Part shown: positions 16,801-26,534 of the stretch, piece by piece | Layout: each line of letters starts with the position of its first letter | Numbering within the stretch: the first letter of the stretch is position 1 | From: Candidatus Uhrbacteria bacterium | GTDB lineage: Bacteria; Patescibacteriota; Patescibacteriia; JACQRZ01 | Direction of reading: 5' to 3' | Assembly: GCA_016209345.1 (NCBI GenBank) | Contig: JACQWH010000026.1 | Location: 1 to 32,839, forward strand | DNA: 32,839 bases | Program-made: the position numbers and the translations under genes | Notes under the pieces: generated by a model | Told to the model about the DNA's origin: nothing | The model's input: only the letters and a program-made list of their open reading frames with translations | Databases searched by the model: none

Positions 16801-16881
16801 CTACACACCATGGGTCATTCCTTAGCGGAACCTATACCGCGGATCGGCTCATCCCATCCCATTGTGTAGGTGGGTTTTTTG

Positions 16882-16890
16882 TGATATACT
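16882..16890 (+). promoter_or_regulatory. Putative extended -10 promoter for the nuclease-VKOR-ileS run
   Basis: TGATATACT. Confidence 0.45.
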
Positions 16891-16935
16891 TAAATCTATA
16901 AGCAGGTTTGTTCTGTCATGTTTTGTTTTAACCAA

Positions 16936-16956
16936 AACTCCTAACTCCTAACTCCT
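16936..16956. repeat. Heptamer tandem repeat (AACTCCT x3) just before the start codon
   Basis: aactcct aactcct aactcct aaccc atg. Confidence 0.75.
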
Positions 16957-16961
16957 AACCC

Positions 16962-17735
16962 ATGTCAGATTTTTACAAAGGCAGACGGACGCGAAATATC
17001 TACGATCCGGAATCAACGGCTCCGTTTAAAGTATCCCGATCAAAAATTGAGCTGTTTACGAATTGCCCTCGTTGTTTTTATATTGATGTCCGCCTTGGCG
17101 TGGGGCAGCCCCCGGGATTTCCCTTTAATTTGAATTCGGCCGTTGACATATTGCTTAAGAAAGAATTCGATATGCATCGCGCGGCAAGCACGGCGCATCC
17201 TCTTATGGAGCATTACGGCGTTGACGCGGTTCCGTATCAGCACGCGAGGATTGATGAATGGCGCGATACGTTCAAAGGAATCGCGCATCATCATACTGAT
17301 ACGAATTTTTTGGTATACGGCGGCGTTGACGATGTGTGGGTAAATCCTGCAGGTGAACTTATTGTGGTTGACTACAAAGCGACAAGCAAGGATGCGGAGG
17401 TGACCATTGATGCGGAGTGGCAGGGCGGATACAAACGCCAAATGGAAATATACCAATGGCTTTTTCGACGGAATGATTTTGCCGTTTCCCCGACAGGATA
17501 TTTCGTGTACTGTAACGGAAAGCGCGACCGGCAGGCGTTTGACGGCAAGCTGGAGTTTGATGTGAAAATCATTCCCTATAACGGAGATGATTCCTGGGTG
17601 CACGATACGCTGTTAGCCATGAAGCGAGCGCTTGACACGACAGCGGTACCCGAGCCGGGCAGAAGTTGCGACTTTTGCACCTATCGACGGGATGCGAGGG
17701 ATGTGCTGACGGAAAATGCAAAACGCAAAGCGTAA
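16962..17735 (+). CDS. PD-(D/E)XK nuclease, Cas4/RecB-like, standalone
   Basis: SRSKI..F..CPRCFY, GGVDDVW, IVVDYKAT, QMEIYQW and C-terminal CDFC. Confidence 0.85.
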   Translation: MSDFYKGRRTRNIYDPESTAPFKVSRSKIELFTNCPRCFYIDVRLGVGQPPGFPFNLNSAVDILLKKEFDMHRAASTAHPLMEHYGVDAVPYQHARIDEWRDTFKGIAHHHTDTNFLVYGGVDDVWVNPAGELIVVDYKATSKDAEVTIDAEWQGGYKRQMEIYQWLFRRNDFAVSPTGYFVYCNGKRDRQAFDGKLEFDVKIIPYNGDDSWVHDTLLAMKRALDTTAVPEPGRSCDFCTYRRDARDVLTENAKRKA

Positions 17736-17860
17736 AAGGGCAAGAGTAAATATCAAATAACAAAGCCCAAATGTCAAATCAAGATCAAAATTCAAAGTCA
17801 AAAGGAGCAGTCATTTGGATTTAGGATTTGATTTGATATTAGGATTTTGACATTAGGTTT
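17712..17860. repeat. Inverted 7-nt periodic array (CAAAnnn / nnnTTTG) overlapping the nuclease C-terminus
   Basis: caaaacg caaagcg taaaagg ... caaataa caaagcc caaatgt caaat ... tttggat ttaggat ttgatttgatattaggattttgacattagg. Confidence 0.8.
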
Positions 17861-17873
17861 TATTATATATCCC

Positions 17874-18869
17874 ATGGCCCTCCTAAAACTTCTTCTCATC
17901 TTCACGTCAATCGCCGGTTTTTTTCTGACGCTGTATATAGCGCGCAAGAAGCATGCGCACGAAAAGATGCTCTGCCCAATCGGCGGCAGATGCGAGCACG
18001 TCATGCATAGCGAGTACGCACGTTTTTTCGGCATGCCGCTTGAGCATATCGGCTTATCGTATTACGCGCTTATTTTTGTCGCGTATACGACGTTTTTCAT
18101 TGCGCCTGATTTTTCGCACCCTCTGGTATTGCTTGCTCTGATCGGGATCACGATCAGTGCTTTTTTGTTTTCCGCATACCTTACGTTTATCCAGGCATTT
18201 ACCCTCAAGGAGTGGTGCGCGCTGTGCCTTGTCTCGGCGGGTTTCTGTACGGTGCTATTTGCAACCGCCGTCATCACTTCGGACGGATCGCTTCTGCCAC
18301 TGCTTGCGGCATACGAACCGCTTATTGATACCGCGCATTTGTTCGTGCTTGCCGTCGGACTTGGGACAGCGACTGTTGGCGATATTTTCTTCTTCAAATT
18401 TTTAAAGGATTTCCATATTTCCGAATGGGAACACGATGTGCTGACGACTATATCGCAGGTTACGTGGTTCACGCTTGCCGCTATCATTCTTTCCGGCGCC
18501 GGACTTGCGTTGGCGCGGGTGGAGGATATCGGAGCACCATCCGCCATGCAGGTTTCCTGGATAGCGCTTGCGGTCATCATCGCGAACAGCGCCGCCGTTC
18601 ATTTGAGCATCCTGCCGCGACTCATCCATATCAGCATGGGGGAAAAACATCGGCATACCCCCGGCGAATTGCATTCAATACAGCGTTTTATTTTCACCTC
18701 CGGAGCGGTTTCGCTCGTATCATGGTATGTCTTATTTCTCTTGGCAATCGCGCGCGACATCTCGCTCTCATTTCAGGCGCTTCTGGTCACCTATGTTGGT
18801 GTTCTTGTATGCGCGGCGATAGGCGGACGCATGATGGAACATATTCTTTCAAAACAGCAGCACCGGTGA
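17874..18869 (+). CDS. Vitamin K epoxide reductase (VKOR) family protein fused to a C-terminal 4-5 TM domain
   Basis: CPIGGRC..V..S.YA.FFG.P loop, YLTFIQAF.LK.WCALC active site. ATG at 17874. Confidence 0.88.
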   Translation: MALLKLLLIFTSIAGFFLTLYIARKKHAHEKMLCPIGGRCEHVMHSEYARFFGMPLEHIGLSYYALIFVAYTTFFIAPDFSHPLVLLALIGITISAFLFSAYLTFIQAFTLKEWCALCLVSAGFCTVLFATAVITSDGSLLPLLAAYEPLIDTAHLFVLAVGLGTATVGDIFFFKFLKDFHISEWEHDVLTTISQVTWFTLAAIILSGAGLALARVEDIGAPSAMQVSWIALAVIIANSAAVHLSILPRLIHISMGEKHRHTPGELHSIQRFIFTSGAVSLVSWYVLFLLAIARDISLSFQALLVTYVGVLVCAAIGGRMMEHILSKQQHR

Positions 18870-18892
18870 TACTAATTCAGCATCCTCGTTTT

Positions 18893-21853
18893 ATGTCCGA
18901 CATATCGAAACGCGAAGAGAAACTCATAGCATTCTGGGAGAAGAACAGAATTTTTGAAAAATCCGTCGACCAGCGGCCCGAGGAAAAGCCGTATGTGTTT
19001 TATGATGGTCCGCCGTTTGCGACCGGTTTGCCGCACTATGGCCATATATTGAGCTCGGTTATAAAAGATGTTGTTCCGCGGTATTGGACCATGAAGGGGT
19101 ATCGCGTGCGCCGGCGCTGGGGCTGGGATTGCCACGGCCTTCCCATTGAGAATCTCATCGAAAAACAGCTTAAGATTTCCGGAAAAAAAGAAATCAATAC
19201 GTATGGCATCGAGCAGTTTAACAATGCATGCCGCTCGGCTGTTTTGACCTACACGCAGGAATGGAAAAAAATGGTACGGCGCATCGGCCGCTGGGTGGAG
19301 TTTGACACCGCATACAGGACGATGGATACCTCCTACATGGAAAGCGTGTGGTGGGCGCTGAAAACGATTTGGGATAAAGGATTGATTTACGAAGGGAGAA
19401 AAGTGCTTTTGTATTGTCCTCGCTGTGAGACACCGATATCAAAAGCGGAAGTTGCGATGGACAATAGTTATCAGGACGTCACCGAGGAGGCGGTGACGGT
19501 AAAGTTCAAACTGGCAAACGCACATAAAAAACTCGGTATTGTCGGAGATGTCTATTTATTGGCGTGGACGACAACACCGTGGACATTGCCGGGGAATGTC
19601 GCGCTTGCAGTAGGGAGCGATATTGATTACTCGCTACTTGAAACGGAAGGGGGTCAGATTCTTGCTGCAAAAGAACGCATCGCGACGGTTCTTGATAAAA
19701 AAGCATACACGATGGTTAAAGAATATAAGGGTTCAGAGATCGTCGGATGTGAATATGAGCCATTGTTTGACATGCCGGCTGTTCGTGAAACAGGCAAGAA
19801 GGCATACTATGTTGCCGCAGCTGATTTTGTCACAACTGATGAAGGCACCGGCGTCGTTCACACGGCGGTCGTGTATGGCGAGGACGACTACAATCTGGGG
19901 CTTGCGTTGGATTTGCCTGTCGTGCCGATGCTCAATGAACGCGGAGAATACACCGACGTTGTTCCCGAATTTTTGCGAGGGCGCGCTATCAAACAAGCGG
20001 AGAAAGATATTAAAAAGAATCTGACTGAGCGAGGATTGATGTTTGCGTGCAATCAGCACACGCATTCCTATCCGCGCTGCTGGCGGTGCGAGACCTTCCT
20101 TATTTACAACGCGATATCGGCATGGTTTATCAATATTCAGAAAATTAAATCGCGCCTGATTGAACTGAACGAAAAAATATCGTGGTATCCGAATCATTTG
20201 AAACACGGTCGTTTTTTGCATATTTTAGAAACGGCTCCCGACTGGAATATCTCGCGCAATCGATATTGGGCAACACCGCTGCCGTTTTGGCGGTGTACAA
20301 ATAGCGATACCGACTGCAAGGAAACAGTGTGCATCGGGAGCGTTCGCGAGCTGAGAAACAAAGCGCTTAATTTTGACGAGGTCTATGGAAGCGATGCGCT
20401 TGATGCGATTGATCTGCATAAACACACGGCGGACAGAGTGCTCGTGAAGTGCGATGCCTGCGGCGGGACAATGGAGCGCATTCCCGAAGTCATTGATTGC
20501 TGGGTGGAGTCCGCATCCATGCCGTTTGCCGAGTTTCACTATCCGTTTGAAAACGAGAACGTATTCAAGAGCCGTTTTCCGGGGCAGTATATTGCCGAAT
20601 ACATCGCGCAGACCCGAGCGTGGTTTTATTATATGCATGTGATGGCTGTGGTGCTTTTTGATAATATCAGCTTTGAACATTGCGTGACGACCGGCACGAT
20701 TCTCAACGAAAAAGGCGAAAAGCTTTCAAAATCAAAAATGAACTATACCGACCCCTGGGTGGTTATCGAACAGTATGGCGTTGATGCGCTGCGCTATTAT
20801 CTCCTGACAAGCGTGGTCATGGATGCCGAGAATTTGTTTTTTAACGACCGTGAAGTGCGCGACGCGTATAACAAGGTGGTCAATATACTTCGCAATGTGT
20901 TTGAGTTTTATACCACTTATGCACCGGATGCGGGCGAGCAGGATGACGTTTCCAAAAACCCGCTTGACGCATGGATTCTCTCCCGGCTTCACTCCCTTGT
21001 CCGCGACGTCACCCTGCATATGGATACCTATGCTACGGTAAAAGCGGGCCGGCTGATGAAGGCATTCATCGATGAACTTTCGACATGGTATCTCCGCCGG
21101 TCGCGCGATCGGTTCAAGAGCGATGATATGCGCGACAGACAACAGGCATGCGCGACAATGCGGGAGGTGCTCGTCACGCTCTGTAAAATCATTGCGCCGT
21201 TCACACCCTTCATCGCCGAGGAACTATATCAAGGAATCACGCGCAAGGAATCAAAAAACCCGAAATGTGAATCGGTGCATTTGGAATCATGGCCGACCGT
21301 TCATGAAGCGCTCATTAACACATCATTGGAAGAAGATATGGCTCTGGTGCGGCAGATCGTTGAAATGGCGCACTCGTTACGCGCAGAGTCGGGTATCAGG
21401 GTTCGCCAACCGCTTATGACCCTCCAGCATACAGGGAAGATTTCCGATGAATTGAATGAGCTTATAGCGGAGGAGGTGAACGTTAAAATGGTTCAAAATG
21501 TTTCGATGACAAACGGAGAAGCATATTGTATAGAGAAGCAGTATGGCGATTTGCGCGTTGCGCTGAACACAACCCTGACACCCGAACTCAAGGAGGAGGG
21601 GATTGTTCGCGAGCTTGTTCGGCATATCAACGCTCTGCGCAAGGAGCAAGGATTGACGCCGAAGGATATCATAGCCCTGCAGTGGGATACGGATAGTACC
21701 GACCTCATTCATATAATTGAAATTCATAACGAAGAGATTGCCGCAAGCGTTATTGCCGGTACACTCCTGCGGGGAGCAACAGGGGGCATGCAGGCCGTGC
21801 CCCTTGGAGGACGGGAGATACGTTTTAAGCTTGACGTTATTTCAGTACCTTGA
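18893..21853 (+). CDS. ileS: Isoleucine--tRNA ligase, type 2 (archaeal/eukaryote-like)
   Basis: FYDGPPFATGLPHYGH, GWDCHGLP, WTTTPWTLP, WNISRNRYW, KLSKS and type-2 C-terminus EG.VRELVR.IN..RK. Real start MSDISKREE at 18893. Confidence 0.96.
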   Translation: MSDISKREEKLIAFWEKNRIFEKSVDQRPEEKPYVFYDGPPFATGLPHYGHILSSVIKDVVPRYWTMKGYRVRRRWGWDCHGLPIENLIEKQLKISGKKEINTYGIEQFNNACRSAVLTYTQEWKKMVRRIGRWVEFDTAYRTMDTSYMESVWWALKTIWDKGLIYEGRKVLLYCPRCETPISKAEVAMDNSYQDVTEEAVTVKFKLANAHKKLGIVGDVYLLAWTTTPWTLPGNVALAVGSDIDYSLLETEGGQILAAKERIATVLDKKAYTMVKEYKGSEIVGCEYEPLFDMPAVRETGKKAYYVAAADFVTTDEGTGVVHTAVVYGEDDYNLGLALDLPVVPMLNERGEYTDVVPEFLRGRAIKQAEKDIKKNLTERGLMFACNQHTHSYPRCWRCETFLIYNAISAWFINIQKIKSRLIELNEKISWYPNHLKHGRFLHILETAPDWNISRNRYWATPLPFWRCTNSDTDCKETVCIGSVRELRNKALNFDEVYGSDALDAIDLHKHTADRVLVKCDACGGTMERIPEVIDCWVESASMPFAEFHYPFENENVFKSRFPGQYIAEYIAQTRAWFYYMHVMAVVLFDNISFEHCVTTGTILNEKGEKLSKSKMNYTDPWVVIEQYGVDALRYYLLTSVVMDAENLFFNDREVRDAYNKVVNILRNVFEFYTTYAPDAGEQDDVSKNPLDAWILSRLHSLVRDVTLHMDTYATVKAGRLMKAFIDELSTWYLRRSRDRFKSDDMRDRQQACATMREVLVTLCKIIAPFTPFIAEELYQGITRKESKNPKCESVHLESWPTVHEALINTSLEEDMALVRQIVEMAHSLRAESGIRVRQPLMTLQHTGKISDELNELIAEEVNVKMVQNVSMTNGEAYCIEKQYGDLRVALNTTLTPELKEEGIVRELVRHINALRKEQGLTPKDIIALQWDTDSTDLIHIIEIHNEEIAASVIAGTLLRGATGGMQAVPLGGREIRFKLDVISVP

Positions 21854-21878
21854 CTTTATAATCGTATTCGTGTATACT
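21850..21878 (+). promoter_or_regulatory. Near-consensus sigma70 promoter for the RRM gene
   Basis: TTGACT, 17 nt, TATACT. Confidence 0.7.
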
Positions 21879-22011
21879 TATATCAGAGTTAAGTAAGTGT
21901 CTCGTGTAATGACTTGCTGTGCTATGCGCCTCAAAAAGCGTGAGCGAGGAGGTCAAGAGGAGAGAAAGAAGGTCGCCTTACGCTCATTAATAGAAAGGAA
22001 TAGTTTCGAGT

Positions 22012-22347
22012 ATGGCATATAAAGTTTTCGTCGGAAGCTTGTCCTGGGACACCACGGACGACTCACTCCGACAGGCGTTTTCTCAAGCGGGAAACGTGCT
22101 CACGGCAAACGTCATTACCGATCGTTTTTCCGGACGATCGCGCGGCTTTGGTTTCGTTGAGTATGAGACTGAAGAGGAAGCAAACAAAGCGATCGAACTG
22201 TGGAACGGCAAAGAGCTTGATGGACGTCCAATCGTCGTCAACATGGCCCGACCGCAGGGAGATCGCGACGATCGTCCCCGACGTTCTTCGGGTGGATATG
22301 GCGGCGGCAATCGCGGCGGCCAGTCATCCGGCGGCAGTCGTTGGTAA
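22012..22347 (+). CDS. RRM-domain RNA-binding protein with Gly/Arg-rich tail
   Basis: RNP2 VFVGSL, RNP1 RGFGFVEY; AAAGGA ribosome-binding site upstream. Confidence 0.95.
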   Translation: MAYKVFVGSLSWDTTDDSLRQAFSQAGNVLTANVITDRFSGRSRGFGFVEYETEEEANKAIELWNGKELDGRPIVVNMARPQGDRDDRPRRSSGGYGGGNRGGQSSGGSRW

Positions 22348-22365
22348 TCGATTTCTTGCCAAAAT

Positions 22366-22399
22366 AAAAAAGCAGCTCCCGAAAGGGAGTTGTTTTTTT
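22366..22399. terminator. Bidirectional intrinsic terminator between the RRM gene and tgt
   Basis: aaaaaa-gcagctccc-gaaa-gggagttgt-tttttt. Confidence 0.88.
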
Positions 22400-22425
22400 A
22401 TTGATATCTCTCACGCATGGGGCTC

Positions 22426-23550
<1,125 letters not shown>

Positions 23551-23673
23551 CTACAAATTACGAATATGCGAATACTATAGCAGAAATATCTATTTTTTCA
23601 TACTTTGTATGTGAATCGAGGCACGGCATCATTCTTGTCCACACGCACAATGAAATAACTATGCTATACTTAA

Positions 23674-23843
23674 GAGACCTCTGCAAAAGTCCATTGTGTA
23701 TTTCTTCCGGCTCATTTTTGTCCAGTTTCGCCCCAAAAAAGCGCTGAACTCGTTGCTCGGCCACGGCCGGGCTCCTCATCCATCATCTTTTTTGGAACAA
23801 AACCGACTCAAAAATGACCGGGAAGCCCTTTTGCAGAGGTCTC
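23674..23843. mobile_element. 170-bp MITE-like element, 16-bp perfect terminal IR, TTAA flanks
   Basis: ttaa|gagacctctgcaaaag ... cttttgcagaggtctc|ttaa. The interior folds into one long imperfect hairpin. Confidence 0.8.
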
Positions 23844-23979
23844 TTAATGCATTATTCTTGATTCGTAATTCGTTTATCTATGGCACAAAAGAAACATCAG
23901 AAGCAGCGAGTCGGCGTGAAGCTTCCAAAGCTGAAATGGCGGCAGAAGGATAAAAAGCTCACTAAGAAGAAATAGCGGT

Positions 23980-25347
23980 ATGCCAAAGGAAAAAAATCCG
24001 GCACATGGAAAAGCGTGGGTCATTACGGTGGATATGGGATATGGACATCAGCGCGCCGCTTACCCGCTGCATGATATTGCGTATAAGGGTATTTTGGCAA
24101 TGAATGATTATAAAGGGTTGCCAAAAGCAGAGCGCGATCTGTGGAAGCAGAGCCGTGAGGGGTACGAGATGGTATCACGCCTTCAGGCGCGATCCATCAT
24201 TGGGAAATATATATTTGAAGTGTTCGACAAAATTCAGGAAATCCCGCGGTTCTATCCCCGCAGGGATCTCTCCCGTCCGAATCTTCAGCTTCTCCAGACC
24301 TATGCCCTTATTGAAAAGAAAGGTCTTGGGAAGCATTTGTTTACAAAAGTACTGACGGAGAATCAAAGATTGCCGCTGATCGCAACATTTTTCCTTGCCG
24401 CGTTTGCGGCCGAGTTTTACGGGTACGAGGGTGAGATTTATTGTCAGGTGTGTGATGCGGATGTCAGCAGAACATGGGTTCCCAAAGACCCCAAGCGAAG
24501 CCGTATAAAATATCTTGCGCCAAACCGACGCGTTGTTGAACGGTTGAAGCTGTATGGCGTAAAAGAGGAGAACATATTTTTTACCGGGTTTCCGCTTCCA
24601 AAGGAAAATATCGGCGGACCCGGTATGGCTGCGTTGAAACATGACCTTGGATCGCGACTTATCAATCTTGATCCCAAAAAGCTCACGCTGCATAAGTTCG
24701 GACATATTATCAATTATCATCTTGGCAAGAAACATGTGCCAAAACGCGCCGGCCATCCTCTCACGCTCGTGTTCGCGGTAGGGGGAGCGGGGGCGCAAAG
24801 CGATATAGGCCAGGCAATCATAAAGAGCTTGCGGCAGCGCATTTTGGGCGGTGAGCTCTGCCTTCACCTTATCGCGGGAAGCCGGAAAGAAGTAAAAGAA
24901 TTTTTCGAGGAGGAGATAAAAAAGAATACGCTCACCGAGGAACTGGGGCGCGGTATCCATGTCCTATACCGCAAAACGAAATTTGAATACTTCCAGGCGT
25001 TCAATGCGCTCCTGCGAAAAGCCGATATGCTTTGGACCAAGCCATCGGAACTTTCTTTTTACACCGGTCTTGGGCTGCCCATTATTATGGCGCCCTCCGT
25101 CGGATCGCAAGAGGACTTCAATCGTACCTGGTTGAAAACGGTCGGAGGCGGTATTACGCAAGACGATCCGCACTATGCCGACGAATGGCTGTTCGACTGG
25201 CTGGAAAGCGGTTGGCTGGCTCGTGCCGCGCTGAACGGATTTATTGAAGCGCCGATTATGGGGGCGTACGCGGTGGAAAAGCTCGTATTGGCCGCGCATG
25301 ACCACGAAGCAGAGGCATTCGAAGAAAAATCACCTTTGGCGGTATAA
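23980..25347 (+). CDS. Putative GT-B fold glycosyltransferase (UgtP/MGDG-synthase-like motifs; possibly DUF6938)
   Basis: MGYGHQRAA, TGFPL, VGGAG, ADMLWTKPSE..GLPII....GSQE.FN. Confidence 0.7.
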   Translation: MPKEKNPAHGKAWVITVDMGYGHQRAAYPLHDIAYKGILAMNDYKGLPKAERDLWKQSREGYEMVSRLQARSIIGKYIFEVFDKIQEIPRFYPRRDLSRPNLQLLQTYALIEKKGLGKHLFTKVLTENQRLPLIATFFLAAFAAEFYGYEGEIYCQVCDADVSRTWVPKDPKRSRIKYLAPNRRVVERLKLYGVKEENIFFTGFPLPKENIGGPGMAALKHDLGSRLINLDPKKLTLHKFGHIINYHLGKKHVPKRAGHPLTLVFAVGGAGAQSDIGQAIIKSLRQRILGGELCLHLIAGSRKEVKEFFEEEIKKNTLTEELGRGIHVLYRKTKFEYFQAFNALLRKADMLWTKPSELSFYTGLGLPIIMAPSVGSQEDFNRTWLKTVGGGITQDDPHYADEWLFDWLESGWLARAALNGFIEAPIMGAYAVEKLVLAAHDHEAEAFEEKSPLAV

Positions 25348-25353
25348 ACGAAC

Positions 25354-25489
25354 AAAGCACTAAGCACCAAATCAAAAATTTCAAATCACAAATAAATCAC
25401 AATTCATAAAATCCAAAACAACACTACCCGCCTTTTGAATTTTGGATTTGAAATTTATTTGGAGCTTGGAGTTTAGAATTTGTGATTTG
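25354..25489. repeat. Inverted 7-nt periodic array, closely related to 32660-32822
   Basis: aagcactaagcaccaaatcaaaaatttcaaatcacaaataaatcacaat ... atttatttggagcttggagtttagaatttgtgatttg. Confidence 0.85.
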
Positions 25490-25534
25490 TGTCGTGTGTT
25501 TTTGTTTTGGTGTTTTTGTATCCCCTAGGATTAC

Positions 25535-26533
25535 ATGCATCTCAAGAAATTGTTATTCGTATTCGTTATTATTATCGGAGCGATCTTCGCTATTTTTTTA
25601 TTTCTGTTGAATCTCCCCGGTACTCCTGCGAACAACGACACAAAGTTTGGCGTCACATTCAGTCCCGCGTACGCGGAGTCGTTTGGTGTTGACTGGCGCG
25701 CGGCATATCGCGCCATACTAGACGATTTGGGTGTGCGGTATGTTCGTCTATCTGCGTATTGGAATACGACTGAACCGGAGGACGATTATTTTACTTTTGA
25801 CGACCTCGATTATCAGCTCGACTGGGCTGCGCGCCGGAAAGCCCATGTAGTGCTGGGGGTTGGCAGGAAGCTTCCTCGGTGGCCGGAGTGCCACGACCCT
25901 GAGTGGGTAAAGGGTTTTCCAGCACCCCAATTCGATGAGAAAGTCCTGGACGCTGTGCGAGCGGTTGTTGAGCGCTACAAAGACCATCCCGCACTTTCCC
26001 GTTGGCAGGTGGAAAATGAGGTTTTGTTTCCCTTTGGCCGCTGTTCTCGGCCATATAATCTCGGCCTCTTGAAAAAAGAAATTGACCTGGTTCGATCGAT
26101 TGATCCGGGCCATGAGATTGTCGTAACGGATTCAGGGGAGTGGACCGTATGGATGCCGCTTGCTTTTTACGGCGACGTGCTGGGAGTCAGCATGTATCGC
26201 GAAGCATGGAACGATTTTTTCAATACGCACATCCCGTTTCCCATTAAGGAAGGATGGTATCAGTTCCGCGCACGACTCATCAGTCCATGGAGAAAGACAA
26301 TTATTGTGACGGAGCTGCAAACAGAACCATGGGCCGGCAAGCCCGTCGAGAGCATGGGGCCGGATGAAAGCATGCTTTTGATGCCGCTCGATAAAATCAA
26401 AGATAATGTGCGTTTTGCGCGCAATGTCGGCTTCCCTGAAGTGTATCTGTGGGGGGTGGAGTGGTGGTATGCGCTTCGGGAACAAAATCTGCCGGAAATT
26501 TGGGACGGGTTGAAAGATATTTTTGGAGCATGA
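25535..26533 (+). CDS. Membrane-anchored clan GH-A glycoside hydrolase (GH5/GH42-like TIM barrel)
   Basis: N-terminal TM; VRLSAYW..EP....F..LD; WQVENE (acid/base); VTELQ.EPW (nucleophile); YLWG.EWW. Confidence 0.8.
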   Translation: MHLKKLLFVFVIIIGAIFAIFLFLLNLPGTPANNDTKFGVTFSPAYAESFGVDWRAAYRAILDDLGVRYVRLSAYWNTTEPEDDYFTFDDLDYQLDWAARRKAHVVLGVGRKLPRWPECHDPEWVKGFPAPQFDEKVLDAVRAVVERYKDHPALSRWQVENEVLFPFGRCSRPYNLGLLKKEIDLVRSIDPGHEIVVTDSGEWTVWMPLAFYGDVLGVSMYREAWNDFFNTHIPFPIKEGWYQFRARLISPWRKTIIVTELQTEPWAGKPVESMGPDESMLLMPLDKIKDNVRFARNVGFPEVYLWGVEWWYALREQNLPEIWDGLKDIFGA

Positions 26534-26534
26534 T

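Noticed and set aside
16805-16850. SRP RNA or hammerhead similarity on the minus strand (aggttccgctaaggaa; gatgag)
   Set aside because: Lacks the SRP CAGG-GRAA-AGCAG core and the hammerhead CUGANGA/GAAA core.
16440-17860. CRISPR array near the Cas4-like gene
   Set aside because: No direct repeats with regular unique spacers and no other cas genes; the repeats are hairpins and 7-mers.
18425-18892. 156-aa N-terminal extension of IleRS in the ORF track
   Set aside because: It overlaps the VKOR gene in another frame and has no synthetase features. IleRS homology starts at ATG 18893.
23555-23878. acgaat-type short repeats at 23557-23575 and 23861-23873 as another heptamer cassette
   Set aside because: Only about two units per side, too weak to call.
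23696-23953. 85-aa ORF, and the 73-aa ORF on the opposite strand
   Set aside because: Both lie across the MITE and are best explained as translated repeat sequence.
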